A DNA stretch of 64,000 nucleotides from the human T2T-CHM13v2.0 reference genome, Homo sapiens. A model generated the notes under the pieces. That model worked only from the letters and a program-made list of their open reading frames with translations, made no database searches and was not told the origin of the DNA. The position numbers and the translations under genes were made by a program. Numbering within the stretch: the first letter of the stretch is position 1; every line of letters starts with the position of its first letter. Below are positions 1-14,030 of this stretch, piece after piece. The stretch is taken from NCBI RefSeq assembly GCF_009914755.1, contig NC_060944.1. One strand, given 5' to 3'.

Positions 1-41
<41 letters not shown>
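1..41. repeat. (TG)n(TA)n microsatellite
   Basis: tgtgtg...tatata run directly visible. Confidence 0.95.
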
Positions 42-173
42 TTTTTTTTTTTGTAAAGACATGGTTTCACCATGTTGCCCAGACTGGTCTTTAACTCCTG
101 GACTCAAGCAACCCTGCCCACCTTGGTCTTCCAAAGTGCTGGGATTACAGGCATGAGCCACCAGACCCAGCCT
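42..173 (-). mobile_element. Alu left-arm/monomer fragment
   Basis: poly-T followed by caaagtgctgggattacaggcatgagccacc. Confidence 0.85.
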
Positions 174-388
174 AATTAAGTTTGTTGATGGCACTTTTTG
201 TCCTGACAAAGCGCAGTGAGCATCCCATACAGTAATCTATCTGCCATGCACAGAAAAATAAACATATGCATCTTAAAATGCTAAATTATGCATACTTTAA
301 AAGATAATGATTTAAAGGAACCAGGTTCATAATCACACCCATGCCTTGGAAATGGTTCAAAAGTTACTAAAAATAGCATAAACTAGGC

Positions 389-472
389 TGCTTTAGGAAT
401 TGGGGGCAGTGAACATGCAACCTGACTCTCTCTCACTTATCCATCGTGTTGAGGAGCATTTCACTCCTTAAA
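389..472 (-). repeat. Dispersed copy of the CTCFL stop-codon/3'UTR-start segment (copy C)
   Basis: Near-identical to 4217-4300 and 4319-4394 (tgctttaggaattgggggcagtgaac...gaggagcatttcac). Confidence 0.95.
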
Positions 473-1339
473 CTTAAAATCTGTGTTTATCCGATACTGT
501 CAATTAAAAATAAACTGCAGTGAAAGCATGAGGAGATGCGGAAAGTCGATTTGATAAGCCAAATGTCCCGAGGCTTGAATGGAACATATTTAAGCAGAAC
601 TAACAATGCCCTTTAGTGACTAATAGTCATAAAGAATGCATTTACAGGGACTATTCAATGGTTATCAGAAAAAAAATTAAACATTTATACTGGAAATAAT
701 ATCTGGAAAATATCTTGCCATTTTCAAAAGGTAGGCTGTCAAACTTTATCATATAAAATGACTTCAGTTTCATCACGCCCATCCAGCCTTTTCAGTGACT
801 GATCTCAAACAATAGAGGCTGTTAACATGCATCAGCCAGGTCTTAGGTTTGTTTAAAAGCCATCCTTTATATAGTAAAACTGTTGTCAAACAATGTTGTA
901 ATTTAAACACCCCCTCCCTGCAAAACAGAGATGTTACACTGTGCAAGAGGTGTACATTCCGGAATTATTTCCTGCTGGATCTCAAAACTATTTTAAGCAA
1001 AAGCATGTCACTCACCAAGCATTCACGAACTCAGAGCCAACTGGTGTCCTCACTCCCAGGTTTTGCAAAGGTCCCTTCTCTTCCTTGCCAAGGAAAAAAT
1101 GTTCTCGTTCTGTATCGCGGAATTAATAAAATCGCCAAGACTTTGCTATAACTTTCCGTGCTTCCTACTCTCGAATAGTGAACCTGTCTCAATATCGGAA
1201 AAGACAGAAGCGACTGCCCTCTTGCGGGCACTATTGTCACTGCATCTATTTTGGTATCAAAAGCACTAACTGCACTTGAGGACCAGGTGTTTCACCTTCT
1301 TGCCAGGTGTGGGTGAGAGTCACGCACGTAACTGAGTAG

Positions 1340-1831
<492 letters not shown>

Positions 1832-1843
1832 TAGTAAAATACA

Positions 1844-2261
1844 TGATATAGTTTGGATATTTGTCCCTGGCCAAAGCTCATGTTGAATTGTAATCCCCAG
1901 TGTTGGAGGTGGGGCCTGGTAGGAGGTGACTGGATCACGGGGGCGGTTTCTTAGGAATGATTTAGCACCATCCGCTTGGTGCTGTCCTCATGACAGTGGC
2001 GGTTCTCAAGGAATCTGGTCGTTCAGAGGAGTGTGGCGCCTCCCCCTCTCTCGCTCCTGCTTTCACCATGTGACGCGCCTACTCCCTCTTCGCCTTCTGC
2101 CTTGATTGTAAGTTTCCTGAGGCCTCCCCAGAAGCCAGGCAGATACCAACATCATCCTTCCTGTACAGCCTGCGGAACTATGAGTCAATTAAAACTCTTT
2201 TCTTTATAAATTACCCAGTTTCAGGTATTTCTTTATAGCAATGTGAGAAAGGACTAACACA
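1844..2261 (+). mobile_element. MST-type (MSTA/MSTB-like) MaLR solo LTR
   Basis: TG...CA ends (tgatatagtttgg...ggactaacaca), internal attaaa, matches recalled MST consensus. Confidence 0.85.
2063..2177 (-). CDS. CTCFL: Alternative CTCFL terminal coding exon from antisense MST LTR (NSAGCTGRMMLVSAWLLGRPQETYNQGRRRRGSRRVTW*), 700-aa isoform
   Basis: ctcatag acceptor (AG 2179-2178) is in frame with the internal donor GATAA|gtgaga at 4367/4366; total 2103 nt; AATAAA cluster at 1733-1746; agrees with a recalled BORIS isoform tail. Confidence 0.75.
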
Positions 2262-2935
2262 ACATAAAATTTACCATTTTAGCTATTTTTAAATGTATGG
2301 TTCAGTGGAATGATTAGGTAGATTCACACTGTTGTGTGGCCATCACCATGACTGATCTCCAGAACTCTTTCTTCATCCCAAATAAACTGTGTCCACTAAA
2401 CACTAACTCTCCATTCTCCCTCACCCCTCAGTGCTTGGCAAACATCACTTTACCGTCTGTCTCTATGACTCTGACTGTTCTAGATACCTCCTATAAGTAA
2501 GATCATATAATACTTGTCCTTTTGTGACTAGCTGATTTCACTCAGCATAACGTCCTCAAGGTTCCCCCATGTTGTAGCATGTGTGAGGGTCTCCCTCCTT
2601 TTGAAGGCTACATAATATTCCACTGCATGTATATACCACATTTTGTTTACCCATTCACCCGTCCATGGAATTTGGGTTGTTTTCATCTTTGACTATTTTG
2701 AAAAATGCTGCTATGAACATAGGTGTGCAAATACCTCTTTCAGACTCTGCTTTTAGTTCTTCTGGGTATACGGTATATCTGGAAGTGGGATTGGTGGGTC
2801 AGATACTAATGCTATTTCCATTTTTTTTTTTTTTTTTTTGAGAAACTGCCATACTGCTTTCCCCAGTGGCTGCACCATTTAACATTCCCACCAACAGTGC
2901 ACAACGGTTCCAATTTCTCCACATTCTCTCCAGAC
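2262..2935 (-). mobile_element. Old L1 (L1M-type) 3' fragment, interrupted by the MST LTR
   Basis: L1M 3'UTR hallmarks (cattcccaccaacagtg, gctgctatgaacat). Confidence 0.75.
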
Positions 2936-3000
2936 AAAGAAGATGTTTTTAAAGACCAATGCTGACATATAACAAATATAGCAATTTTAAGTCATTTCAT

Positions 3001-3006
3001 TTTATT
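3001..3006 (-). terminator. CTCFL: Poly(A) signal AATAAA of the main CTCFL mRNA (3'UTR ~1.4 kb)
   Basis: tttatt on + strand; gives a ~3.5 kb mRNA, consistent with the recalled transcript size. Confidence 0.7.
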
Positions 3007-4195
3007 GAATTATGTAAAACATCTTTAAATAACAGTAAAAAAATTAAGAAACCATTGCACAAATTCAGTCACAATGATGGCATACTACAGCCCACAGAAT
3101 TTAAATCTCATGTGAGTTGAGTTAAATTAATTTGCTGGTACAAAGAGAATATAATGCTCTTCCTGCTGGGAAATTATTTCCACATATTCACATTGTATAG
3201 GGATTCTGAACTTGTGATATTTTCAATAAAAGGTCCATATCTTAAGAATTTGAATTTAGGGCTTATCAATGATCTTGAAATACAGGGGTGGAGACAGGTT
3301 GGCAGCAAAACAAACTGCTCAACTAAGCAATGAAGAAAAATCTGCCTCTGTATCCAGATAGAAATGAATTTCAAGTGTTAAAGAGGCATCTCTCACGCTG
3401 CTCGAGGGTGGAAAAATCTTGTCAACTGGCAAAAGGGAAATACTCACTAATCACTGGGCATTATGAAAAAGTACAAATTCCTTACAGGTACACATTTGCC
3501 TTATCTGATTTTATGTTTCTTCTCACTCTGCCAATTATTTTACAAATATAAAAAGAGTAGTTTTAGCAGAAAAAAGGGTTATGGAGTGAAATACTAATAA
3601 GCAATAATGGAATGTAACCAGGGCAATTTCATACCTGCCAAGGAGCATAATTAAAAGAGAATACAAAAATCTAAAGGTGAACCTTGCTCCTATACCAAAG
3701 TAAAATCGATTTATTCCTTATTTTCTAGTCTAATCTAGTATTTCATTTCCTACTCAGTTTTCCTTTTTATAAGAGTAAAACATTTTTTGGTTGAATTTAG
3801 AACTAATTAAAAGCATTATGGTAGCTTTAAATTTTGTAGAAAATTCATTTGTATAAAAACATTTGTCTTTAATGTTTAAAACCATATATTATTAGAAATA
3901 TCATGGGTGTATATAATGCAACATAAAAATGTCCAGCTTTGACTGTGGAAGCACTAGCTGGTCTAGACTATTTTGAAATATCCAAAAATCACTACTCACT
4001 CATTGTGGGCCACCTTGCCAATATCAAGTGAATGAATCCATAGGTTTGAGGTGTTACCCTCTCATTCAAGGTTTAAAACTTTTATAAAATACCTGCAATG
4101 TTTCTTTGAAATATCCAGCTACAAACAGGAGAACAATTCTAGACACTACCTCAAACTTGTGTCATCCATTGTCATGAACTTAATTGTTTCAAAGA

Positions 4196-4395
4196 AAATG
4201 CTAAAAATTTCTAACTTGCTTTAGGAATTAGGGGCAGTGAACATGCAACCTGACTCTCTCTCACTTATCCATCGTGTTGAGGAGCATTTCACACCTTAAA
4301 TGCTAAAAACTTCTAACTTGCTTTAGGAATTGGGGGCAGTGAACACGCAACCCGAATCCCTCTCACTTATCCATCGTGTTGAGGAGCATTTCACA
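4196..4395 (-). repeat. 102-bp tandem duplication spanning the last codons, stop codon and 3'UTR start of CTCFL
   Basis: 4196-4293 vs 4298-4395 differ at only a few positions. Confidence 0.95.
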
Positions 4396-4514
4396 GGTCA
4401 CGCCTTCATCCACTTCCTCTTTGACTCTGGCTGTGGTTTCTCTGCAGGCGACAGGAAACATCTCTCCTGGGAACTGTTCTCCCTTCGTGGTGGAAGCCTC
4501 CTCAGCAGCAGCTT
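4363..4514 (-). CDS. CTCFL: CTCFL exon 11, last coding exon (EAAAEEASTTKGEQ...CEMLLNTMDK*)
   Basis: tttttctcaag acceptor, phase 1, TGA at 4365-4363. Confidence 0.95.
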
Positions 4515-4690
4515 CTTGAGAAAAAGTCCAGGATGAGCAAATTTATCAGAAAGCTAAGGAATTGGAATTTATAAACTGTGCAAATATATTTTGGAAACCA
4601 TCACTTAAATTTGAACACGGCAGCAAGCATGTTAGAAAACAATCTAATTGATAAGATGGTACTATTCTGATCTCAACTACTGCCTTCAGT

Positions 4691-4935
4691 CAGGGCTTCT
4701 TAGCCTCAGCGCTACAGACGTTTGGGGCCAGAGAGCTGTCTGCTGGGGGCAGGGCGCTGTTCTGGGCACTGTAGGATGTTAGCAGCGACCCTGGCCTCTA
4801 CCACTAGATGCCAGTAGCACCCTCCTCTCCAGCTGCAAAAACCATAAAAATGTCTCCAGACATTGCCAGTGTCCCCTGAAGGTGACGGGGGGGGGGTGGG
4901 GGGGGGACACAGTCATTCCCAGCTGGCATCAGCTG
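4691..4935. mobile_element. MER20-like hAT DNA transposon with internal G-run
   Basis: gcactgtaggatgttagcagc...ctagatgccagtagcac...tctccagacattgcca. Confidence 0.75.
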
Positions 4936-5265
4936 CTATAGGTGAATGTGGATCTTACAGATTTATATCGAGGCGGATCTCAGAGATTTATATTGTGGCT
5001 GAGCTGCTCACCTAAGTCTTGTCCCAGTACCCATGTAATGATGCTGCCTACATGAAGAAAGCCAGTTGCCTGCAGGACATTTGTCCCTTTGGCCAATCGA
5101 CATATACTGAGTACTGATTCTGTGGGTTGCGCGTTCTGCTAGGGATGCTGGGGCCAGCGCCAGGCGTGTATCCATAACCTGCTCCCCCTCCAGCAGCTCA
5201 GGAGCCAGTCTGCACAACTTAGTGGGTTTAAAACAGACCACTGTGAGCCGACCCATATTCAACCC

Positions 5266-5781
5266 TCTACTGTCCCCAACCTTTTCAGTACCAGGGAACA
5301 CTCTTGTGGAAGACAATTTTTCCATGGACTGGTTGGGGTGCGGGGGTTGGTTGTGGGATGGTTCAAGCACATTACATTTCTTATGTACTTTATTTTTATT
5401 ATTACATTGTGATATATAATGAAATAATTATACAGCTCACCATAATGTAGAATCAGTGGGAGCCCTGGGCTTGTTTTCCTGCATCTAGACAGTCCCATCT
5501 GGGGGTGATGGGAGACAGTGACAGATCGTCGGGCATTAGATTCTCGTAAGGAGTGTGCAGCCTAGATCCCTTGCACGTGCAGAGTTCACAACAGGGTTCA
5601 CACTCATGAGAATCTAACGCTGCCGCTGATCTGACAGGAGGCGGAGCTCAGGCGGTGATGCGCCCGATGGGGAGCGGCTGTCAATACAAAGCTTCACTCC
5701 CTCACCCACTGCTCACCTCCTGCTGGGAGGCCCAGTTCCTAACAGCCCACAGGTCCACGGCTGGGGGGTTGGGGAGCCCTG
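5266..5781. mobile_element. MER1A-like hAT-Charlie element
   Basis: ccccaacc...ggttgggg termini, ~515 bp, recalled MER1 internal sequence. Confidence 0.75.
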
Positions 5782-5995
5782 CTCTACTCATTTTCCAAAT
5801 TACTTTCCCAAACATCCACAGAGCGCCACACTGAAGAACGTGACTGTCTCATGTTCTAACTTGTCTGAGGATATTTTTGTCCATGCTTCCTTGAAGTATT
5901 TTTTTTTTTTTTTTTTTGGTGGATGGAGGGAGACAAGAAGACCCAGTTCTTGGATATGAAAAGAAACACTGAGATCCACAAAACTGGTGCCATCA

Positions 5996-6270
5996 GGCCA
6001 GGCACAGGGGCTCATGCCTGTAATCCCACCACTTTGGGAGGCCGAGGCGGGCAGATCACTTGAGGTCAGGAGTGAGAGACATGGTAAAACCCCATCTCTA
6101 CTAAAAATAATAGAACAATTAGCCAGGCGTGGTGGCGGGCATCTGTAATCCCAGCTCCGGAGACTGAGGCATGAGAATCACTTGAACCCAGGAGGCAGAG
6201 GTTGCGGTGAGCTGAGATCACACCTGGAGTATAAAGTGAAACTCTGTCTTAAAAAAACAAAAACAAAAAC
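5996..6270 (+). mobile_element. Alu with internal deletions
   Basis: TSD aaaactggtgc(c/t)atca on both sides. Confidence 0.9.
6066..6223 (-). CDS. CTCFL: Alternative CTCFL terminal coding exon from antisense Alu ([15 protein letters not shown]...EMGFYHVSHS*), 665-aa isoform
   Basis: ttcactttatactccag acceptor; phase-1 join to exon 10 stays open to TGA at 6068-6066. Confidence 0.7.
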
Positions 6271-8119
6271 TGGTGCTATCAGATAGTCACCCATCGAGAT
6301 CTGTCAATGAACTGGAGGTGCTGTGTGCTGGTGTACCGGCAGAGCAGACACAGAAGTGAGACAATTGTCTGGATAACACAGGCTACAAAGATCCTGAAAT
6401 GCAGATTAAGTCATATTTTTTGCCAGGTTATTTGCCTTAATTCACACTTGCTTTGGATATGACCGCTGACCATCAAAAATATGAAAAAAGTTTGTATATG
6501 TACAATTCCTATCATCAGTTTTTAAGCCTATAAGAACCTTCTCAACTCTTCTCCATAGCAAAAATGTCACCGACTGAGGGTGACATGTTCAAAATTCACC
6601 CCAAATCATTTGGTCTTCTGGAGGTTTAAGAGATAATTAACAACAAAAAAAAACCAAAAACCAAACCAAAACCAAACAAAAACAAAACAAAACCACTACA
6701 TTTAGGTGTCAAGGTGTGGAGAACTGCACAAGTGTCCTTTAGGTGCGGAATCAGCGGGGAAGTCACGTTTCTCCAGGGACCCTTTAGGATCTGACTTAAA
6801 CTCAGAGCCGAGGTGGCCAGTAGCCCGGCCTTGGGTTTCTACAATGTGCGCTGATGAACTGTGGGTCAAATTTCACCGGTCTGTCTTCTCCAGTAAAGGA
6901 CTGTGCTTACTATTCACTCGTTTATTCAACAAGTGGTGACTTAACGAGCAATGCTGAGGCCAGGCCTAGTGCCAGGAGCTGGGGACGGACCCGATGGGCC
7001 AGGCCCGCCTTGGAGGAGCCTGCGGTGCCCTGCATGTGGGAATCCGGCACTTATTAAAGAACCAAATAAGCGTGAAGTGTGCAGGAGGGGCAGCGCAGGA
7101 CCAGGTGGGTGGTCGCGCGAAGTGCTTTTATTTTTCTGAAGATACGGAGCATGTTTAAGGCTGATAGGAAAGAGCAGGCCTGCAGGGGTGAGTTGGCTGA
7201 GGAGGGTGGGTGGGGGACATAAAGCTGCTCATCTGGGGGGTGGGTTCCAGACTCAGAGTCAGAAGGGGCCTTAGATGGGAGGGGTGGCTCCTCCAGCCCC
7301 TTCCTCCATTAAAAAATGTGAAAAATGATATTTTACAACATCATTGGTATAAAGGAATCCAAATGGAATGCAGGCTGCATTCATTGCTTGATACCCATCA
7401 GTGAGACACTGGTTTTTCTTCTGATCTGCCCCTATGAGCACTGTGGACAGCCCTGTGCCCTGCGGGGCCGGATGGAGAAGCCCCAGGAGCTGGCGGAGGA
7501 TGGCGGGAACTCCAGCTGGGAGTGGGATGACACAGGAATGCCGGGGCAGCGGGCAGCAGAGCCCATCTGCTGGTGCAGAGTCAGTGAGGCCTCCACCCAG
7601 AGGGAGGGAGGCAGGGGCTGGGAGTTTGGGATGAAGGTGCTCACTGGAAATCAGTGGAAAAGTTATTGGTGCTGAGGTTCAGAATGAGGGCTCTGGGCAC
7701 CTGGGCAGGCTCGTCCCCACCCTGTGATGGAGCTCTCTCCCTGTCAGATGGATGACAGTGCCCCCTGCAGAGGCCTGTGGTCATGATAAGAAGGGACTTG
7801 CATGAGCTCAGTGGTAATTGCCGATGCCTGGAGGAGAAAGGAGGGTGCTCCGCGCATGGGCAGTGTGCACAATTCTGGAGAGTTCCAACTGAGCTGAGTG
7901 ATGGGGCACTGCCTGGGACCCCTCAGTCTCACCAGTTCCCTGCCAGGCAGGGCCTGGCTGTGTGACGCAGGCATGGGAAAGGCAGGCCGGGGGCACACCC
8001 AGGCTTAGGGCTTTGCCAGATGGTGAGACGCAGAGAAAGAGTGGGGGAGTGCTGCCTGTGGACAGAGCGACTGGAACCAGGGACCCAGAACCGACTCCAC
8101 ACAGAGGGAGTGGGAAGGA

Positions 8120-8285
8120 CTGCAGGATGCCCGCTTCTACCCGAGTTTCAGATACATGATGAACATTTTTTTTAGTATAAGTATATCCCAAATAGTGCAT
8201 GGGACACATTTAAACAATGATTCACTGTGTATCTGAAATTCAGATTGAGCTGGGCATCCTCTATCTGATCTGGTAACTCTTGAGG
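8120..8285. mobile_element. MER53-like palindromic MITE
   Basis: tttcagatac...gtatctgaaa inverted arms. Confidence 0.65.
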
Positions 8286-8584
8286 AAAGGCAGGTGGAGG
8301 GCGACCGTCATCTGTGGGAACATTCGCAATGCAGGGACTGAGTCTGGAATGAGAACGTGGGGTATTTGCTTGTGCCGTAAAAGTCTGGACAGTTTCCAGT
8401 CATCTACGGTTCTAAGGTTCTCAGAGGAAAGGAATGGAGAAGGTGAACAGTGCAGGTGTTCACCTGTGCAGGTGTCAGGTTGGCCCCTCTTACAGCAGAG
8501 CCATTCACAGGACACACAGGACAGGGCCCAGCTTCAGCCAACCTGGGAACTCACTTCAGCTCCCAGAGGCCAGAGGACGAAGAC

Positions 8585-8985
8585 TGTGATGGCTGTGGGG
8601 GCTGAATGGTGACCCCTAAAGGGATATGTCCATATCCTAAGCCCCATAGCTGACCTCCTTTTTTCAAAAGAAGTTCTAAATCCTAAATGATAAATGTCTT
8701 TGTAAGAGGCAGAAGAGAAGGCCCACACACAGAAGAGAGGAGAGAGCTAGGAAAAGACAGAGGCAGAGACTGGAGGATGTGGCCACAAACTGAGGAATGG
8801 TGGAGCCACCAGAGTTGCAAGAGGCTAGGAGGGACCCTCCCCTAGGTCCCCCGAGGGAGGGCGGCCCTGCCCACACCTGGATTGAGGATTTCTGGCCTCT
8901 AGAGCTATTTGAAAATCAATTTCTGTTGTCCCAAGCCACTCAGCTTGTGGTCATCTATTGCAACAGCCCAGGACAGTCCCTGTAG
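8585..8985 (+). mobile_element. MLT1-type MaLR LTR
   Basis: ccacacctggattgaggatttctggcctctagagct...aatttctgttg...aagccactcagcttgtgg 3' block. Confidence 0.7.
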
Positions 8986-9248
8986 CTGCAGGCGACAGTC
9001 CAATGCGATGGAAGAGGGCTCCTCGGGGTGGGGGCCACACATGGACCTGCGTGGGGCTCTCACACTGACTTTCTCACGCTATGCTCACTGCCATTCTGAG
9101 AGATCTGGCACAAGCCACCTTGCAGGACCGACTGGTGGACAAATAGGGGCTCTGGACACATCCCCTGGACAGTAACACTCGGCACCCAGGATAGTCACAA
9201 CCAGAAAATCACTGAGGCGGTAAAAACAAATCTGCGTAAAATCAGTAC

Positions 9249-9414
9249 CGTCTCCGTTCGCGGCTTCCTTCCATCCCTTCGCAGCTTCCTTCTGACCCTT
9301 TGTGGCTTCCTTCAGGATGGTCTGCTTCCTCTTTCTTGTTCTTCTTCCCTTTCCTGAAGCAGCCGACTTTGCTTCCCCTGATCCACACTTCTCCGAATGT
9401 CTGTGCAGGTTAAT
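9249..9414 (-). CDS. CTCFL: CTCFL exon 10 (INLHRHSEKC...EAANGD)
   Basis: gacag acceptor, gtactg donor, 166 nt. Confidence 0.95.
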
Positions 9415-9449
9415 CTGTCGGAGAATTGACACAGAACACACAAGGCGAG

Positions 9450-10854
<1,405 letters not shown>

Positions 10855-10925
10855 AGAGTCGGCTTCCCCAAAGGCACTGAAAAATGCACAGTTAAAGAGA
10901 TGGCCTTTGGGAAAACTGTGGGTAG

Positions 10926-11368
<443 letters not shown>

Positions 11369-11868
11369 TTAAAATTTATTTTTCTAGAATGTTTCTGCTC
11401 TCTAAAGTGAAGACTGATGTTGAACCAAAAATTCAATACATCAGTCAATTTCATAACCATCAACTACATACCATAAAGATTTTACTTTTCTGTTAGCTAC
11501 TCTCTTGAAGCTACTGAGCAGAGGTCATGGGTGGCAGTTATGAAACTGTATACAACATTCAGGAATAAAAGCCAAAGACTTCCCCTAGTCAAGCCTACTC
11601 GTGACATAGTCTCATCTAACAAACACTCAGGATAATCTTAAGTCAGAAAATTTTCACTTTTTGAAAAGGTCCTAGGCAAAAGTAAAAAAACTGGCAACAG
11701 GTGTTGAAATTTGCAAATTATGCGAAACATCCCGCTTGATTCCCATTTTGACTTTCCCACTGTGCTTAACAGGACTGTCTGCGTTTATGATGGAAGAAGG
11801 AAGAATTTACACATAATGGGGGTGATGGAACAGGTTGTTTAAACTTCTTCCATTTTATGCTTAGACAC

Positions 11869-12025
11869 TGGGGTTGGCAAACGACAACCAGTGGGTCAAA
11901 TCTGGCTGCCAACTGTTTGTGAAAGCAAGTTTTACTGGAACACAGCCATGTCTATTCATTTACACACTGCATCCACAGCTGCTTCCATGACACAAGGGCA
12001 GACTCAAGAAGTCGTGGCAGAAACT
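11869..12025. mobile_element. MER58A-like fragment
   Basis: ggggttggcaaac...ggtcaaatctggc...gttttactggaacacagcca. Confidence 0.65.
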
Positions 12026-12115
12026 GATTTGCGTTGCCCTGGTGATTAATGACGCTACGCTTACTGGCCACCTGTATGTCTTCTTTGGAGAAAGGTCTAT
12101 TTAGATACTTTAACT

Positions 12116-12414
<299 letters not shown>

Positions 12415-12993
12415 TAGATACTTTACCTGTTTTTCATTGGGTATCTGTCTATTTACTGAGTTATAAGAGTTCTTTTTATATTTTAGACACAAGTCCAAAT
12501 ATGCTTTCTTGAATCGGAATTTCAAAAATTTTATGTTCTGAGGGACTGCATGAGGCAGACTTGTTCTTTTCTCTACATTTTTATTTCTTGCACCAAAGAG
12601 CAGTTTTTTTCTCTTTAGAATTCTACTCGTTAATTTTAACTCTTCACAATTTTTGCATGAGCAATGGTGTTTTGGGAGCACTGCCACAGCTTTTATTTGA
12701 AATTTTAAACTAATAGGGTTGACATTCCAGAACTATCCCACTGTGCTACTCAGAAAAACACAACTACACTACTGTTTTAAGAAGAAATATTTTTAAAAAA
12801 ATAGTCAACTTCAGGAAATTCAACTTTTATAAAACTTTTATAAAGTTAGGCTGAAGCCTACATGGTCCAAGGATCTAGCTAGCCATGTGCAGTGGTTTTT
12901 AAATGTCCTGAAATTCTTTGATGCTGTTCCTTTCAAAAGAAACTTCATTCCCCACTCGAGTGTGGGTGGGACTTCATGGTTCATTTCTTGTGA

Positions 12994-13310
<317 letters not shown>

Positions 13311-13395
13311 GTTGTGCCGCTTTTAGGACTAGACTGCAAAAGGCACCATGGCTTCCTACTTGCACTCTCTCACTTGCTCTGAGTCAGGAGGACAC

Positions 13396-13605
13396 TCAAG
13401 CAGCCCTGCAGAGAGGTCCCTGTAGCAAGGAACTGAGGCCGGTGCCAGCAGTTGTGTGGCGGAGCTGTCCTGGAAGTGGATCCTCTGGCCCCAGTCCAGC
13501 CTTCGGATGATGCAGCCCTGGCGGACATCCTGACTGCAGCCTCAGGAGTGGCCCTGAGCCAGGACCACCCAGTTCAGCCACTTCCGAGTTCCCAACCCAG
13601 AGAAT
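13396..13605 (-). CDS. CTCFL: Alternative CTCFL terminal exon in antisense MLT1 (ILWVGNSEVAELGG...GPLCRAA*), 627-aa isoform
   Basis: tgacag|ATT acceptor, phase 0 with exon 9, 70 codons to stop. Confidence 0.65.
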   Translation of the reverse strand: MLWVGNSEVAELGGPGSGPLLRLQSGCPPGLHHPKAGLGPEDPLPGQLRHTTAGTGLSSLLQGPLCRAA

Positions 13606-13608
13606 CTG

Positions 13609-13656
13609 TCAGGTGATAAATGTTTGTGGTTTTAAGCCACTCCATTTTGAGGTAAT
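13609..13656 (-). CDS. CTCFL: Second acceptor in the same LTR (ITSKWSGLKPQTFIT*), 573-aa isoform
   Basis: tgacag|ATT acceptor 51 nt upstream of the other one, phase 0. Confidence 0.55.
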   Translation of the reverse strand: MTSKWSGLKPQTFIT

Positions 13657-13744
13657 CTGTCATACAGAAATAGATAACTAATACAACACCTAAAAGAATA
13701 AAACCATAAATGTATTGCTTAGTCCAGTACCAACAGCACTATTC

Positions 13745-14030
13745 TTTTTTTTTTAATTAAAAAAGTTATTTTAGAGACAGGGTCTCACTCTGTCTTTGAG
13801 GCCAGAGTGCAGTGGTGCGATCGTGACTCACTGTAGCCTCCAACTCCTGGGCTCAAGTGGTCCTCCTGTCTCAGCCTCCTGAGCAGCTAGGCCTACAGGG
13901 GTGCACCACCACAACCAGCTAATTTTTTTGGAGGGATGGGGGTCTCCCTGTGTTGCCCAGGCTGATCTCAAACTCCTGGCCTCAAGTAATCCTCCCACCT
14001 TGGCCTCTCAAGTAGCTGGGATTATAGACA
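13745..14030 (-). mobile_element. AluJ-like
   Basis: diverged reverse Alu. Confidence 0.85.

Larger units (their letters stand above)
13320..13685 (+). mobile_element. MLT1-type MaLR LTR (3' part)
   Basis: ataaatgtttgtggttttaagccact...gtaatctgtcatacagaaatagataactaataca end. Confidence 0.75.

Noticed and set aside
4261-4365. Stop-codon read-through into the in-frame (102 bp) duplicate
   Set aside because: An in-frame TAG occurs 20 codons after the stop, before the duplicated codons.
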